IMG/VR virus record: IMGVR_UViG_3300020044_003924 | Span: 1 to 36,266 of that record | Reading direction: 5' to 3' (one strand) | Length of the DNA: 36,266 nt | Source of the DNA: a virus | Lineage: Duplodnaviria; Caudoviricetes | Part shown: positions 26,480 through 35,877 of the stretch, in pieces | Layout: the number at the start of each line of letters is the position of its first letter | Numbering within the stretch: position 1 is the first letter of the stretch | Position numbers and translations under genes: made by a program | Notes under the pieces: generated by a model | Seen by the model: only the letters and a program-made list of their open reading frames with translations | What the model was told of the DNA's origin: nothing | The model's database searches: none

Positions 26480-27271
26480 TTAACTTGCACCCATTTGACG
26501 CTTAGCCGCTTCCCAAGCATCCGCTACAGATGTAATAGGAACAAAAGTTTCATTTGTTGTACTAGCGGTAGCCGAGGCTCCACCAGAAACAACAGATGCT
26601 GCACGCTTCGCTTCCAACACACCATCTTCAACTTTCTGTTGAACCTGCTGTGCCGCTTGCTCTGTCCGTGCTTTTGCAACCATCTTATCAAAAGCAATTT
26701 GCTTGTAAACGCCCTCAAGGTCCTCAGAACCCATCCGCAAAGCGGTGGATACTACTTCCTTGACATCAAAATCAGAATACTTGGATTGCAACCCCTGAAT
26801 CTCACGCTCAATAGCCTGCTGACTCTGGTAATCCTCAAACGATGCTATACGCTGGTCAAGGTCACGATACCTAGCCTCTGTCGGGTCCAAATACTCTGGT
26901 TCAGCATCCTGAACCAACTGTTGAGCCTGAGCACGACTAATACCGTAATGCTGACTTAATAGGTCAATCGTAGCCTTCGGGTCATTTTCCAAAGCCTCAC
27001 TAAGCGCACTAGCAAACTGGAACTGTTCCCGTTGCTGAGATAACTCTTGTGTCTTTCTGGTATAATCCGCTTGACGCTGATAACCTGCGATAGCCTCCGT
27101 TAAAGGAACTTGCAATTCCTCACCATCAACCTTGATTGGAACTCTATAATTAGAATATTCCTCAACAGACAATGTTGGTGTATCGGGTGCCTCTGTGTTT
27201 ACACTAGTTTCAGTTGACCCAGTACTTTCTAATACGGGTTCCGTTGCCTGTGTTACGAGTTCATCACTCAT
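26480..27271 (-). CDS. Capsid scaffolding protein
   Basis: IKVDGEE..V.L.E..AGYQRQADYTRKTQELS; AGGAG SD before ATG 27271. Confidence 0.85.
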   Translation of the reverse strand: MSDELVTQATEPVLESTGSTETSVNTEAPDTPTLSVEEYSNYRVPIKVDGEELQVPLTEAIAGYQRQADYTRKTQELSQQREQFQFASALSEALENDPKATIDLLSQHYGISRAQAQQLVQDAEPEYLDPTEARYRDLDQRIASFEDYQSQQAIEREIQGLQSKYSDFDVKEVVSTALRMGSEDLEGVYKQIAFDKMVAKARTEQAAQQVQQKVEDGVLEAKRAASVVSGGASATASTTNETFVPITSVADAWEAAKRQMGAS

Positions 27272-27325
27272 TAAATTTTCATCTCCTATAGAGTCCATGA
27301 TGGTTGCTCTATATAACCACTAGCC

Positions 27326-27333
27326 GTTCCCTA
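27326..27333 (-). promoter_or_regulatory. Late motif TAGGGAAC (TAG is the portal stop)
   Basis: Upstream of scaffold and capsid genes. Confidence 0.7.
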
Positions 27334-28716
27334 CTGTTGAGGTGGCTGTCCTTGCTGAAGCATTGCCATCAAATCTGGTGGAGGACCACCCTGAGGGGCA
27401 GGGGCAGGGGCACCCATAGGTGCCTCAGCCCCAGCAGTAGCGGGGACAGGAGGGGTGCCGCCGACTTCCTGCTGAGGCTGGGCGAGAAACTCGTCAGGGT
27501 TTTTAACACCAAAACCAAACTGTAGCACATGTGCCGCAAGTTTGCCCATGTCAATAATACCTGCGCCAGCGAACGGTGCCATAGCATCAACTAGTTGCAA
27601 AGCCATCTGTCGTTTAAACGACTCGTTATGTGGCTGTGTAGAACCTGCTGCTACCTCAAAGTCAAAGTCACCTTGTAGATAGTCACGGTCATAGTTAATC
27701 CACATTGGTTCGCCATCTTTGCCAATTACACGGGCAACTTGCTCACCTTGCATAAACTGTTGTGCCAATTGTAACATACGGCGACCAACCTCTGCAATGG
27801 CTTGTTCAACAACAGCCAACTTATCTGAGGTACGGGCGTTAGCAGCATCCTGCATAAGCGAGGACTCTGTTGCTGTACGGCGAATCTCCGATACAGCACC
27901 ACGCTGAAACTCTGACACACCAGAAATACGGTCAATATCACCAATAATCATGTTGGACTGGTTATAAAACTCTGGTGGGTTGATTACTGCTGGGAACGCT
28001 GTAACAACCCCACCCAACGCTTCATCGCTGGACACGGGAACCATAACATTATCTTCATCGGATTCCAGTGCCGTGCGACCCATCTGGTCAAACGCAGATT
28101 CACGATACAGATATTTGCGACTAAACTTTTTGCGATGATTCATCATCTGTGAACGGGTTTCGTTCAATTCTAGTTGCAACGGTTCAATGGATTCCAAATC
28201 ACCAATAGGATAGAAATGGTCTGGGACATCATAGTTGCGAATCATCACAAATGGCTGACCAAAACTGTAAGGCATCTTCATTGGCTTAACCAAGAACATG
28301 TCCGAGCCTTCACAAAAAACACTCATGCTGTTACTGGAGATGTCGTAAAATTCCCAAATCTCTGCGTAACCCTCATTCTTGTCGTACACCTTACGGCGAC
28401 TTGGGTCATCGGCATAACGGCTAACAGCCATTGGCATAACATCAGCCCGTGCAGCCTTAGAGTAACGCTTATCGTTCTTTACATCAGCGATAGGGCGGCG
28501 GATACGCTGCGCTATCCACTTAATGTCTTTCATGGATGTTGCATCTGGGTCAACAAAAACATCATTAACGGAAACACGCTCAGCGAACGGACTATCTTCA
28601 CGAACAATAGTGTTCGGATGCCCGATGCCATCAGGGTTCGCTTCCGAAATTTCCGATTCACCTTCCACTTCCTCCTCAACAAAACGGTAACCAACTTTAA
28701 CCCAAGACGAACCCCT
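27331..28716 (-). pseudogene. Portal protein, 5'-truncated as assembled
   Basis: WVKVGY, RVS..DVFVDPDA, EIWEFYD, ISGVSEFQRG, RTATE motifs; in-frame TAA at 28717-28719 only 4 codons upstream of WVKVGY. Confidence 0.8.
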
Positions 28717-28808
28717 TTAATATGGCATTTAAAGCAAATAGAGCCACGATGAGGCATTTGTTCCGAAAAGAACAATTTTTGGCAAGTATCACACAGTAAT
28801 TCCATCAT
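28700..28808 (-). pseudogene. N-terminus of a small Zn-finger protein running out of frame into portal sequence
   Basis: MELLCDTCQKLFFSEQMPHRGSICFKCHIKGVRLG; the rest of ORF 28530-28808 is a shadow of the portal. Confidence 0.6.
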
Positions 28809-28821
28809 AAATACACTTTCT

Positions 28822-28829
28822 GTTCCCTA
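28822..28829 (-). promoter_or_regulatory. Late motif TAGGGAAC (TAG is the TerL stop)
   Basis: 16 nt before ATG 28805. Confidence 0.7.
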
Positions 28830-30431
28830 ACGGGTCATCGGTGAGCGTTCACGAACATTATGGGCACCCATAAAAGTCTTTTCTGGACCACTAGGACCAT
28901 ACATATGCTGCTCCCACCACAAAAGGCTATTGGTTGGGGGAGCAAAATCCTGTCTGTACTCTGGAAGCCACACATATTTTATCATCTGATTAGCAATAGC
29001 CAAAGAAATAACTCTGTCATCATGCGGTGAACCAGCCATCTTACCATTCTCCTTACGCACGAAGGTGCGTAACTCGGCGATAGTTAAACGGTCATAAACT
29101 TCAATGCTGGAATCACGCAAAGAAGCACTAAGTTCGTCAATCATCAACGGCTTACTGGTAGCCGTAGTACGCCAACCCAAAATGTCTGTAGCCTCAGGAC
29201 GCACACGAGCCAACTTACGCTGTCTATACAAGTTCTTGTAGCCGTACTTTTGTGCCGCTTTCAAAGTGGTCAAACCATGGTTGTTATTTTCAACACCCAA
29301 CAAAGCGTTCTTATACCACCAACCTAATTCTGCCAACATTTCGCCAAACAAGTCTGGCTCAATTCGTCCATGCCAATGAGCGCACACAATACCAGTAGTA
29401 GCATCAATGATATGGGCAGAACTATAGTCACCATAACTAAGTCCTTCAGCGACATCGGCTCCAATCACATAAACACCCTCAGACCGTGGGAAATCCCAAA
29501 TAGACAACTCACCATCTTCAGCATAATGGAACTCACCATTACCGCTAGAGTATAAATGATAGTATCCGTTATCTGAGTCAACTATAACCATGTCATCCAA
29601 CATTTGGATGTCAAACACTGGGTTACCTGATTTGATGAACGCTTCTTCGGGGAATGATGGGTATTCTTGGTGCAACTGCCAAGGGTGCATGTTGGCTGCT
29701 TTGGACTCATACCAGTTTTCATCTCGTTCACCATCAGCAGCCCAAGAAAAAAAGATTCCCTTAAACTTGTTGGTTCCCGTTTGGGAACCAACCCATAACT
29801 GGTGATAAAAGTTACCTGAACCATTAGCGGTGGACAAACCAATCACACGACCGCCGACATCCGCTACAGGCTCAATAGAAGCCCACGCTTCCTCAGCGTT
29901 AGGCAAAAACGCCCACTCGTCCACAATAACCAAATACACCGACTCACCACGAGCAGGGTCATTGCTGGATGGCAAAGACTCTATACTGGATTCGTTGCTG
30001 AACACCATTTTGAGTTGGTGTTCTGTTGTTTGTGACGGTCCACGCTCTTTCATCCATTGTGGCATAAAGCGGTAACCATATTTGGCTTTAGCCAACAACT
30101 TAACAGATTCACGCTCGGTTCTGGATAGCATAACAATAAAACGGTCTTGCCAAAAGAACGCCAACCAAAAAGCGTAAGCAGAAACCAAAGTAGAAAACCC
30201 AATCTGACGGGCTTTCAAAACAATACTATAGCGTTCTTCCAACCAAACAGAAACAGTTTCTAATTGCGCTTCACGCAATTCAAACTTTGTTCTACCCTTT
30301 TCAGGATGTTTAATAAACCAAAAGTTACTACAAAAATATGAGAACGCTTCTAACAGTTCTTCGTTAGTAGCGTTTTCTGGTCCACGACATTTGCGGAACT
30401 CTTGTTCGTTTAATAGTTCTCTTAATTCCAC
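28827..30431 (-). CDS. terL: Terminase large subunit
   Basis: LKARQIGFST, LVIVDEWAF, LSTANG, GADVAEG, HDDRVISLAIA; probable GTG start 30431. Confidence 0.95.
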   Translation of the reverse strand: MELRELLNEQEFRKCRGPENATNEELLEAFSYFCSNFWFIKHPEKGRTKFELREAQLETVSVWLEERYSIVLKARQIGFSTLVSAYAFWLAFFWQDRFIVMLSRTERESVKLLAKAKYGYRFMPQWMKERGPSQTTEHQLKMVFSNESSIESLPSSNDPARGESVYLVIVDEWAFLPNAEEAWASIEPVADVGGRVIGLSTANGSGNFYHQLWVGSQTGTNKFKGIFFSWAADGERDENWYESKAANMHPWQLHQEYPSFPEEAFIKSGNPVFDIQMLDDMVIVDSDNGYYHLYSSGNGEFHYAEDGELSIWDFPRSEGVYVIGADVAEGLSYGDYSSAHIIDATTGIVCAHWHGRIEPDLFGEMLAELGWWYKNALLGVENNNHGLTTLKAAQKYGYKNLYRQRKLARVRPEATDILGWRTTATSKPLMIDELSASLRDSSIEVYDRLTIAELRTFVRKENGKMAGSPHDDRVISLAIANQMIKYVWLPEYRQDFAPPTNSLLWWEQHMYGPSGPEKTFMGAHNVRERSPMTR

Positions 30432-30853
30432 TTCGGTTCTCCGCCCCAAGGACCCCATCCATCACCGTAGCGGTCATAAGCATACTCATATATAGCCATC
30501 ATAGCCTTACCGCTAATAATAGGATTATATAAGTCTTTACATTTTGTTAACACACCAGCATCCTGAAGGAAGCCTTGTTCAGTATAACGGTTTGGTTTAC
30601 ACCAAAACTTATTAATCTGGAACAAACCAATAGAACCGCCCATCGGGTCGTCACGGTTAATTGCCGATGCGTTGCATCGGGATTCACGCCACATAATATA
30701 ATCCACCTCATACATCATGTCCCTGCTATCAGAAACCATCTCTATAATATCATAGTGGTTCCTACACTTCAGGGTCGGATAATGTTTTGCGTGGACAAAA
30801 GTCGGCGAAGCCAACAAAGATATGGCAATAGCCATCATAATTATTTTCTTCAT
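30422..30853 (-). CDS. Secreted SLT/lysozyme-like lytic transglycosylase
   Basis: Signal peptide MKKIIMMAIAISLLASPTFVHA; RESRC, GLFQIN, LYNP, GWGPW. Confidence 0.85.
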   Translation of the reverse strand: MKKIIMMAIAISLLASPTFVHAKHYPTLKCRNHYDIIEMVSDSRDMMYEVDYIMWRESRCNASAINRDDPMGGSIGLFQINKFWCKPNRYTEQGFLQDAGVLTKCKDLYNPIISGKAMMAIYEYAYDRYGDGWGPWGGEPKWN

Positions 30854-30892
30854 AAAACCATCCTAAATGACCGTAGTCATTGATTGGGAATA

Positions 30893-31438
30893 TTACTTAA
30901 CTGATTCTTTCCAAGCCAATACGGCTTGTGGAGTATCATCTCCAGCGACATAACGAATATGCCAAGGTTCTTCGGGAACAACTTCCCAAGACCAACCAAA
31001 CTTTGCGATGTTGTTAAACATCCATTCTAAACGCTCACCGTTTGCTCCAGCAACATCAACAGCAATACCTAACATGTGTTTGGAACATGTTTTAGCATCA
31101 TCGTTTGGCGCAGCCAACGGTGCATTACCTTTCTTTAAATACCATTTTTTACCATTGTAGGTGCGTGTTGACGCACCAACAATTTCTTCTTGTTGGTATC
31201 TTTGTAAAAAACCTTTTTTCTGTTGTTCAATACTGCGGAATAGGTCGCCGAGCGAAGTGGGAGCCAACTTGACTCCATCAACCTTCGCAGCAGCGACCAT
31301 AGCCTCCCATGCGTCAGCAGCACATAACTCTAAAGAGCCACCACCGACAACCTTGCGCAACATCTTAGGTAACACTTGGCTGGGCTTTTTGCCCTTTAAG
31401 TGTTGGCAAGGTTTAACGGGTGTAATGAACAGTTTCAA
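30893..31438 (-). CDS. M15-family (VanY-like) peptidase, probable endolysin
   Basis: FRS..QQ, SKH..G.AVD, EPWHIRY. Confidence 0.9.
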   Translation of the reverse strand: MKLFITPVKPCQHLKGKKPSQVLPKMLRKVVGGGSLELCAADAWEAMVAAAKVDGVKLAPTSLGDLFRSIEQQKKGFLQRYQQEEIVGASTRTYNGKKWYLKKGNAPLAAPNDDAKTCSKHMLGIAVDVAGANGERLEWMFNNIAKFGWSWEVVPEEPWHIRYVAGDDTPQAVLAWKESVK

Positions 31439-31714
31439 CTATTTTACTTCAGCCTTAACAGCAGCCCTTTTGGCGGCAATCTTCTTAGGAGTTGCGCCAA
31501 ATGCGGCATCAATTTCCTCTGAAGTTAGAACACCATCAATGCTTGCCTTGGCAAGACCTTCAACCACCTTAAATACTGATACTGCACCAGCAATCAACGC
31601 TGCTTTAGCAACCGACAAATCAGGGGCAATAACAGCAGCACCAGTGACAACGCCAAGGGCGTTGGTCAAAAATAGTGCAACAATTCGTCCTGCTACATCT
31701 TTTACCTTATTCAT
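31439..31714 (-). CDS. Putative holin
   Basis: Two hydrophobic segments, basic tail, adjacent to endolysin. Confidence 0.6.
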   Translation of the reverse strand: MNKVKDVAGRIVALFLTNALGVVTGAAVIAPDLSVAKAALIAGAVSVFKVVEGLAKASIDGVLTSEEIDAAFGATPKKIAAKRAAVKAEVK

Positions 31715-31874
31715 TTTTATCTCCTAAAAGTGCGCCAAGCATGTGAACCATGATGGCTACCAATGTTATTTGTATTCCTAAAGTCCTAGTTGAACCAGAC
31801 AAAGTGATTAAAACCATACCAGTTCCAGCCAATGTCCAAGTTAAACCATGGATTTCGGATACAATTTTCTTCAT
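31707..31874 (-). CDS. Small two-TM membrane protein (55 aa)
   Basis: Not in ORF track; MKKIVSEIHGLTWTLAGTGMVLITLSGSTRTLGIQITLVAIMVHMLGALLGDKNE. Confidence 0.7.
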   Translation of the reverse strand: MKKIVSEIHGLTWTLAGTGMVLITLSGSTRTLGIQITLVAIMVHMLGALLGDKNE

Positions 31875-31882
31875 ATAGTAGT

Positions 31883-33238
31883 CTATTTGTTCCTTCTTGA
31901 ACTACTAGCAACAGCGGCTGTACCAGCCGCAACTGCTATAAGGGTTTTACGAGTACTAACAGGAACATTACTGCCCAAAGGAACATACTCATCAAAGCCT
32001 TCAGCAAAAATATTTATCTCCTGTTCAAACGCAGCACGAACCTCAGTTGGTGCATCCTGAACTGCTTCAATAATAGCATCAATCTGTTCTTCAGATAGTT
32101 CAGATACAACAATAGCATCAAAAACTGCAACAGCCTGCTCAGATGACAACGATTCAACAAACTGGGCATCCTGAGCAACAGCAACCGCTTCCTCTACTGT
32201 TATTGTTTCAACATCCTCAAGAATTGCTTCCAACTCTGCTTCATCTAATATATCAACAATAGTATCTTCAACAATAACTTCTTCAAGTTGACTATCCTCT
32301 GTTATAATATAATCAGCAACCGTATCATCAACAACAACCTCATCCACAACCTCATCCACAACATCATCTACAATCTCAGGAAAATCAGGATATGTCTCTA
32401 CAGTTACTTCTTCAACTTCTTCTAGAATTACTGGAATGGGTTCCGTATCTTCTGTGGTTATCTCTACTATGGGTTCAGGCTCAACCCATACAGGTACTTG
32501 CTGTACTGGTTGCACTTCGGCTTCTGTGGTTGTTGTGGACTGCTCAACCGTCACGCTGGTCGTAGTCGCTGGAAAAGTCGTTGTTACCGAAGTACTGGTA
32601 TAAATAGATGTCTGAACAGAAACAACTGTCGTGTCCACAACTGTTGTTTCGGGAACACTTGAAGTGGTCGTTGTCTGAACAGTTGTAGTACTCCATGATT
32701 CTCCATTCGCAATAAAAGCCTCATCAGGAACAATTTGCCAAGGCTGGTCGTCAATCTGCCAAGCCAACATCCAACAAGTACCCCCACCATTCTCATAAAA
32801 CCAGCCATCTAAACTTTGGATACCAGCATCCAAATCCAAAAACCCTGATTCCGTGGCAGAACAACCTTGGTCGCCCCAAGAGCCAAACTCGTCCATGCCA
32901 ATCTTTATGGTTCCGCCATCATCAGAAGCCAACCAAAACTGTATAGTGTCATGTGCAGGAATAATAATAGAACCCGTGTAATGAACCATAAACATATCGT
33001 CAGGGCAATCCTGAAAAGGTTCACCATTAAAACTACGGTTAATGTTGTTTTCTAGTTCCGAACCACAAGTTTCATAAACAGTATCGGACTTGATTGGTGG
33101 TATATCGGTAACGATATACCCGACAGCGTTTAATCCCTGTACTGGTTCAGCGTTTGTTACTGTGCTAAATAAGGCGAGGACAACGCTTGGTAGGAATATC
33201 AGCCAGCGGGTATTTTTGACCACAACCCAATTGGACAT
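31883..33238 (-). CDS. Exported PA14-like domain protein with Thr-rich and acidic stalk
   Basis: Signal-like N-terminus; FMVHYTG.I, FWLASDDG, WFYENGGG; hydrophobic then RRNK C-terminus. Confidence 0.75.
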   Translation of the reverse strand: MSNWVVVKNTRWLIFLPSVVLALFSTVTNAEPVQGLNAVGYIVTDIPPIKSDTVYETCGSELENNINRSFNGEPFQDCPDDMFMVHYTGSIIIPAHDTIQFWLASDDGGTIKIGMDEFGSWGDQGCSATESGFLDLDAGIQSLDGWFYENGGGTCWMLAWQIDDQPWQIVPDEAFIANGESWSTTTVQTTTTSSVPETTVVDTTVVSVQTSIYTSTSVTTTFPATTTSVTVEQSTTTTEAEVQPVQQVPVWVEPEPIVEITTEDTEPIPVILEEVEEVTVETYPDFPEIVDDVVDEVVDEVVVDDTVADYIITEDSQLEEVIVEDTIVDILDEAELEAILEDVETITVEEAVAVAQDAQFVESLSSEQAVAVFDAIVVSELSEEQIDAIIEAVQDAPTEVRAAFEQEINIFAEGFDEYVPLGSNVPVSTRKTLIAVAAGTAAVASSSRRNK

Positions 33239-33366
33239 TCTGCTTTACGCAATTTGACTTTAACTTTCATAAAGCAACCACATTTTTTGCAGGTATTTGT
33301 TGGTTTAAACAAATAATCACAATCCTGACAAATAGCAAACCGTTCTTTAGGAGTATTGGCTTCCAT
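33199..33366 (-). CDS. Small Cys-rich protein (DUF6171-like, 55 aa)
   Basis: Not in ORF track; R..ICQDC...CKKCGCFM..K..L....CPIGLW. Confidence 0.75.
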   Translation of the reverse strand: MEANTPKERFAICQDCDYLFKPTNTCKKCGCFMKVKVKLRKAECPIGLWSKIPAG

Positions 33367-33368
33367 AG

Positions 33369-33776
33369 TTAATCAAGAAATTCATCTGTTGGTTCGCCAT
33401 TTACCAAGTTATGAAACGCATCACTTGGAATCCAAGATTGCGATTCTTCATGCCAATCATACTTATCTGAATCTGTTGGCTTAGGAATTGGTGCAGCCCA
33501 ATCATTGTTTTCATCCAAAGACCAAGATGGAAATGGTTGTGGAATAATAAAAATATCTTTTACTGGGTCGTATGTAGAACCACCAACAGGATACTGTTTT
33601 CTAAACGAACCGTTATATGATGCTTGAACCCAAATGGTATCTGGAAAAAGATTAGTTAAAAAATCTTTACCTAATTGTTCTTGCTCAACTTCGTTTTCAT
33701 CCCAAAGAATATTATTCTTTACAACAACAACATCTACAACATTATTGTTTTCATCCAGTTTTGCAAAATGTGCCAT
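33369..33776 (-). CDS. Tail-fibre-associated protein (MAHFAKLD type)
   Basis: MAHFA, W.Q.SYN..FRK.Y, YDP..D.FI.PQPFPSW.L; usual neighbour of Gly-rich fibres. Confidence 0.75.
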   Translation of the reverse strand: MAHFAKLDENNNVVDVVVVKNNILWDENEVEQEQLGKDFLTNLFPDTIWVQASYNGSFRKQYPVGGSTYDPVKDIFIIPQPFPSWSLDENNDWAAPIPKPTDSDKYDWHEESQSWIPSDAFHNLVNGEPTDEFLD

Positions 33777-33777
33777 A

Positions 33778-34590
33778 TTAAACCGTCAATGTTCCAGTTC
33801 CAGTAAAACGATATACATGATATCCGCCTTCAAGCGAATATGATGGGCTTCCAGTTGTTGCAGTTGCTAAAGCAAAAGTTGCTAAATATCTAATAGCACA
33901 AATTCCCGAACCGCCATTAGTGTTGTGTGCTTGACCACCGTTTCCAGTGTTTGCTCCACCAGAAGAACCGTTAGAACTGTCACAAACTCCACGACCACCA
34001 CCACCAGAACCATAGTTAGTTCCAGAAAAACTCTTTACAGAACTGCCACCAGAACCCGAGTAGGAGTTTGCACAACCACCACAGCAACCACGAACACATC
34101 CGCAACCGTGTTGACCATTTGACCCCACGGCTGCGTCATACGCATCTCCACCGTTTCCACAAGAACCACCGCCGTCACACGAACCACCACCACCTGAACC
34201 AGTAGATGCAGCAGCACCACCACCGTTACAAGAACCACCGTTGCCTCCACCACCAACACTGGTTCTTCCAGTCCAGCCAGTTCCAGTTATTGAAGAACCG
34301 CCACCAGCACCAGCGACACTCATTGTGTATGTCACCCCTGGTACAACTGTTGAACTTGCAGTGTATGTTCCACCAGCACCACCACCACCTGCAACAGCAC
34401 CACAAGTATAACCTAGAGCAGAACCACCACCGCCAACAATTATATATTCAACAGATGTGGTTGCGGGTAAAGCACCGCCACCCGACCAATAAGAGTTAAC
34501 TTGGTCAGTAGTGCCACGGCGAGTACGAGGAGCCAAAGAACCGCCACTGATGGCTTTGCCACCCGATGTATTCTTCAATAAACTAGGCAT
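33778..34590 (-). CDS. Glycine-rich tail fibre/spike protein, Cys-rich
   Basis: VEYIIVGGGG, GGGGAGG, ANTGNGG, GGSGI..IRY, Y.FTGTGTLTV. Confidence 0.8.
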   Translation of the reverse strand: MPSLLKNTSGGKAISGGSLAPRTRRGTTDQVNSYWSGGGALPATTSVEYIIVGGGGSALGYTCGAVAGGGGAGGTYTASSTVVPGVTYTMSVAGAGGGSSITGTGWTGRTSVGGGGNGGSCNGGGAAASTGSGGGGSCDGGGSCGNGGDAYDAAVGSNGQHGCGCVRGCCGGCANSYSGSGGSSVKSFSGTNYGSGGGGRGVCDSSNGSSGGANTGNGGQAHNTNGGSGICAIRYLATFALATATTGSPSYSLEGGYHVYRFTGTGTLTV

Positions 34591-34601
34591 CTAAGATGAC
34601 C

Positions 34602-34964
34602 TTACGCTGTTATACGATTAACATACCCGTGAATTACAATTGCGGTGCCAGTTGCAGCAAAAGCACGAACAACCAGCGGAGTAGCATTACCCTTAATCAA
34701 TAGACCAGCAGCAATCAAATACAAACCGTTCTCAGCCTTAACAGTGTATTCAATGTCATCAGAACCAGCAGTGGTTCCACCCCATTGAACAGTCAACTTA
34801 CGGTCAGTGGAATCATAGTTCACTGCATACAACCAGATTTCGTCCAAAGTTGTTGCCGTGCTAGAACCAGTGTGGATAACGGTTCCTGCGCTGGCAGTAG
34901 CAGTAACCAAAATGCCACGACCATCGGTTGAACCGCTAAGAATTGTTTTGCTAAAAGTTGCCAT
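34602..34964 (-). CDS. Putative virion structural protein
   Basis: Beta-rich; DEIWLYA.N, GYVNRIT. Confidence 0.7.
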   Translation of the reverse strand: MATFSKTILSGSTDGRGILVTATASAGTVIHTGSSTATTLDEIWLYAVNYDSTDRKLTVQWGGTTAGSDDIEYTVKAENGLYLIAAGLLIKGNATPLVVRAFAATGTAIVIHGYVNRITA

Positions 34965-34979
34965 ATACTATATTCCTTT

Positions 34980-34987
34980 GTTCCCTA
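34980..34987 (-). promoter_or_regulatory. Late motif TAGGGAAC (TAG is the upstream stop)
   Basis: 15 nt before ATG 34964. Confidence 0.7.
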
Positions 34988-35302
34988 GATAAGAATTACT
35001 TGTTGTTCAACCGTGTCAAAACGGTTGAAAATTTCAAGTTCCAACCATTCATCAGGGTCATTATAATCAAAAACTGTAGCATCAATAATAGCAGGGTAAT
35101 CTTCAGCCCAAAAATCGTTAGCCAAATCACCCAAAGTAGTACCAGTAGCACCCTGAGCAACATAATAGTCAAACTGCAAAGAACCACGATAACCCAAACC
35201 AGCCTCAGACCAGTGGGCATACAACAAATCACCCAAAGTATCACCAGCCGTAGGATACAATTGCTTTAAAGCAACATACATTGCATCATTAGTTGTCGCC
35301 AT
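34985..35302 (-). CDS. Hypothetical protein with internal duplication
   Basis: GDTLGDLLYAHW and GTTLGDLANDFW. Confidence 0.7.
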   Translation of the reverse strand: MATTNDAMYVALKQLYPTAGDTLGDLLYAHWSEAGLGYRGSLQFDYYVAQGATGTTLGDLANDFWAEDYPAIIDATVFDYNDPDEWLELEIFNRFDTVEQQVILI

Positions 35303-35741
35303 CATTAACCTTTACTGTTTTAGTTTCCAAACGGAAACGCTGCTCAGAAGCCGCCCCAGCGGCAATCAACTCAGACAACTCCGTATCAGACAACTCACTC
35401 GCTTTGCCACTATGCTCAACCTGAAATTGAACTGGAGCCAAACGACCAGTAGCCTGCAAATACAGTTTAGCCGAATTGTTATCCCCCTCAAGAGCACGCT
35501 GGAACAGGTTGTCCAGCAATTGTTGTGTTCTTTCGGGTGATGATTGAAGTTCGTTAACTCTTCGTTCCCATTCTTGTTTAAACGCAGGTTTCTTTTTCCA
35601 GCGTCTAAGTGTGGTTTCGTCCACGCCTTCTACTTTGGCATACTGGTTTTGACTGGATGGCACCCTGCCGTTGGCTGGGGTGCATAACCAGTTTAAAAAC
35701 TTTTCTTGCCTAGTGTCCAATGTGTTAGAGTTTTCTGACAT
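35289..35741 (-). CDS. Putative terminase small subunit (HTH)
   Basis: SQNQYAKVEGVDETTLRRWKK.P.F, RALEGD..SAKLYLQ, VEHSG. Confidence 0.8.
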   Translation of the reverse strand: MSENSNTLDTRQEKFLNWLCTPANGRVPSSQNQYAKVEGVDETTLRRWKKKPAFKQEWERRVNELQSSPERTQQLLDNLFQRALEGDNNSAKLYLQATGRLAPVQFQVEHSGKASELSDTELSELIAAGAASEQRFRLETKTVKVNDGDN

Positions 35742-35757
35742 CCACAATACACTAACT

Positions 35758-35765
35758 GTTCCCTA
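35758..35765 (-). promoter_or_regulatory. Late motif TAGGGAAC heading the leftward late operon
   Basis: 16 nt before ATG 35741; no SD in between. Confidence 0.7.
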
Positions 35766-35772
35766 GTGGGGA

Positions 35773-35816
35773 TGTTACAGTTGTGTTAAATCTTTGTTAC
35801 AGTTGTGTTACATTTT
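35773..35816. repeat. Four 11-bp tandem units beginning TGTTA
   Basis: TGTTACAGTTG TGTTAAATCTT TGTTACAGTTG TGTTACATTTT. Confidence 0.8.
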
Positions 35817-35869
35817 GTGTTGGTTTGTTGTGGGTGTTGGGTTTTGGGAAAACTTGTATTCAACTTGTA

Positions 35870-35877
35870 TAGGGAAC
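35870..35877 (+). promoter_or_regulatory. Late motif TAGGGAAC, rightward and divergent
   Basis: Exact motif followed by an AT-rich TATTAGT like the other copies. Confidence 0.6.

Noticed and set aside
28808-28829. TAG-GGAAC as a stop-codon readthrough signal (TerL is in frame with the next ORF)
   Set aside because: At 27331 and 34985 readthrough is out of frame with the next gene, and other copies are not stop codons.
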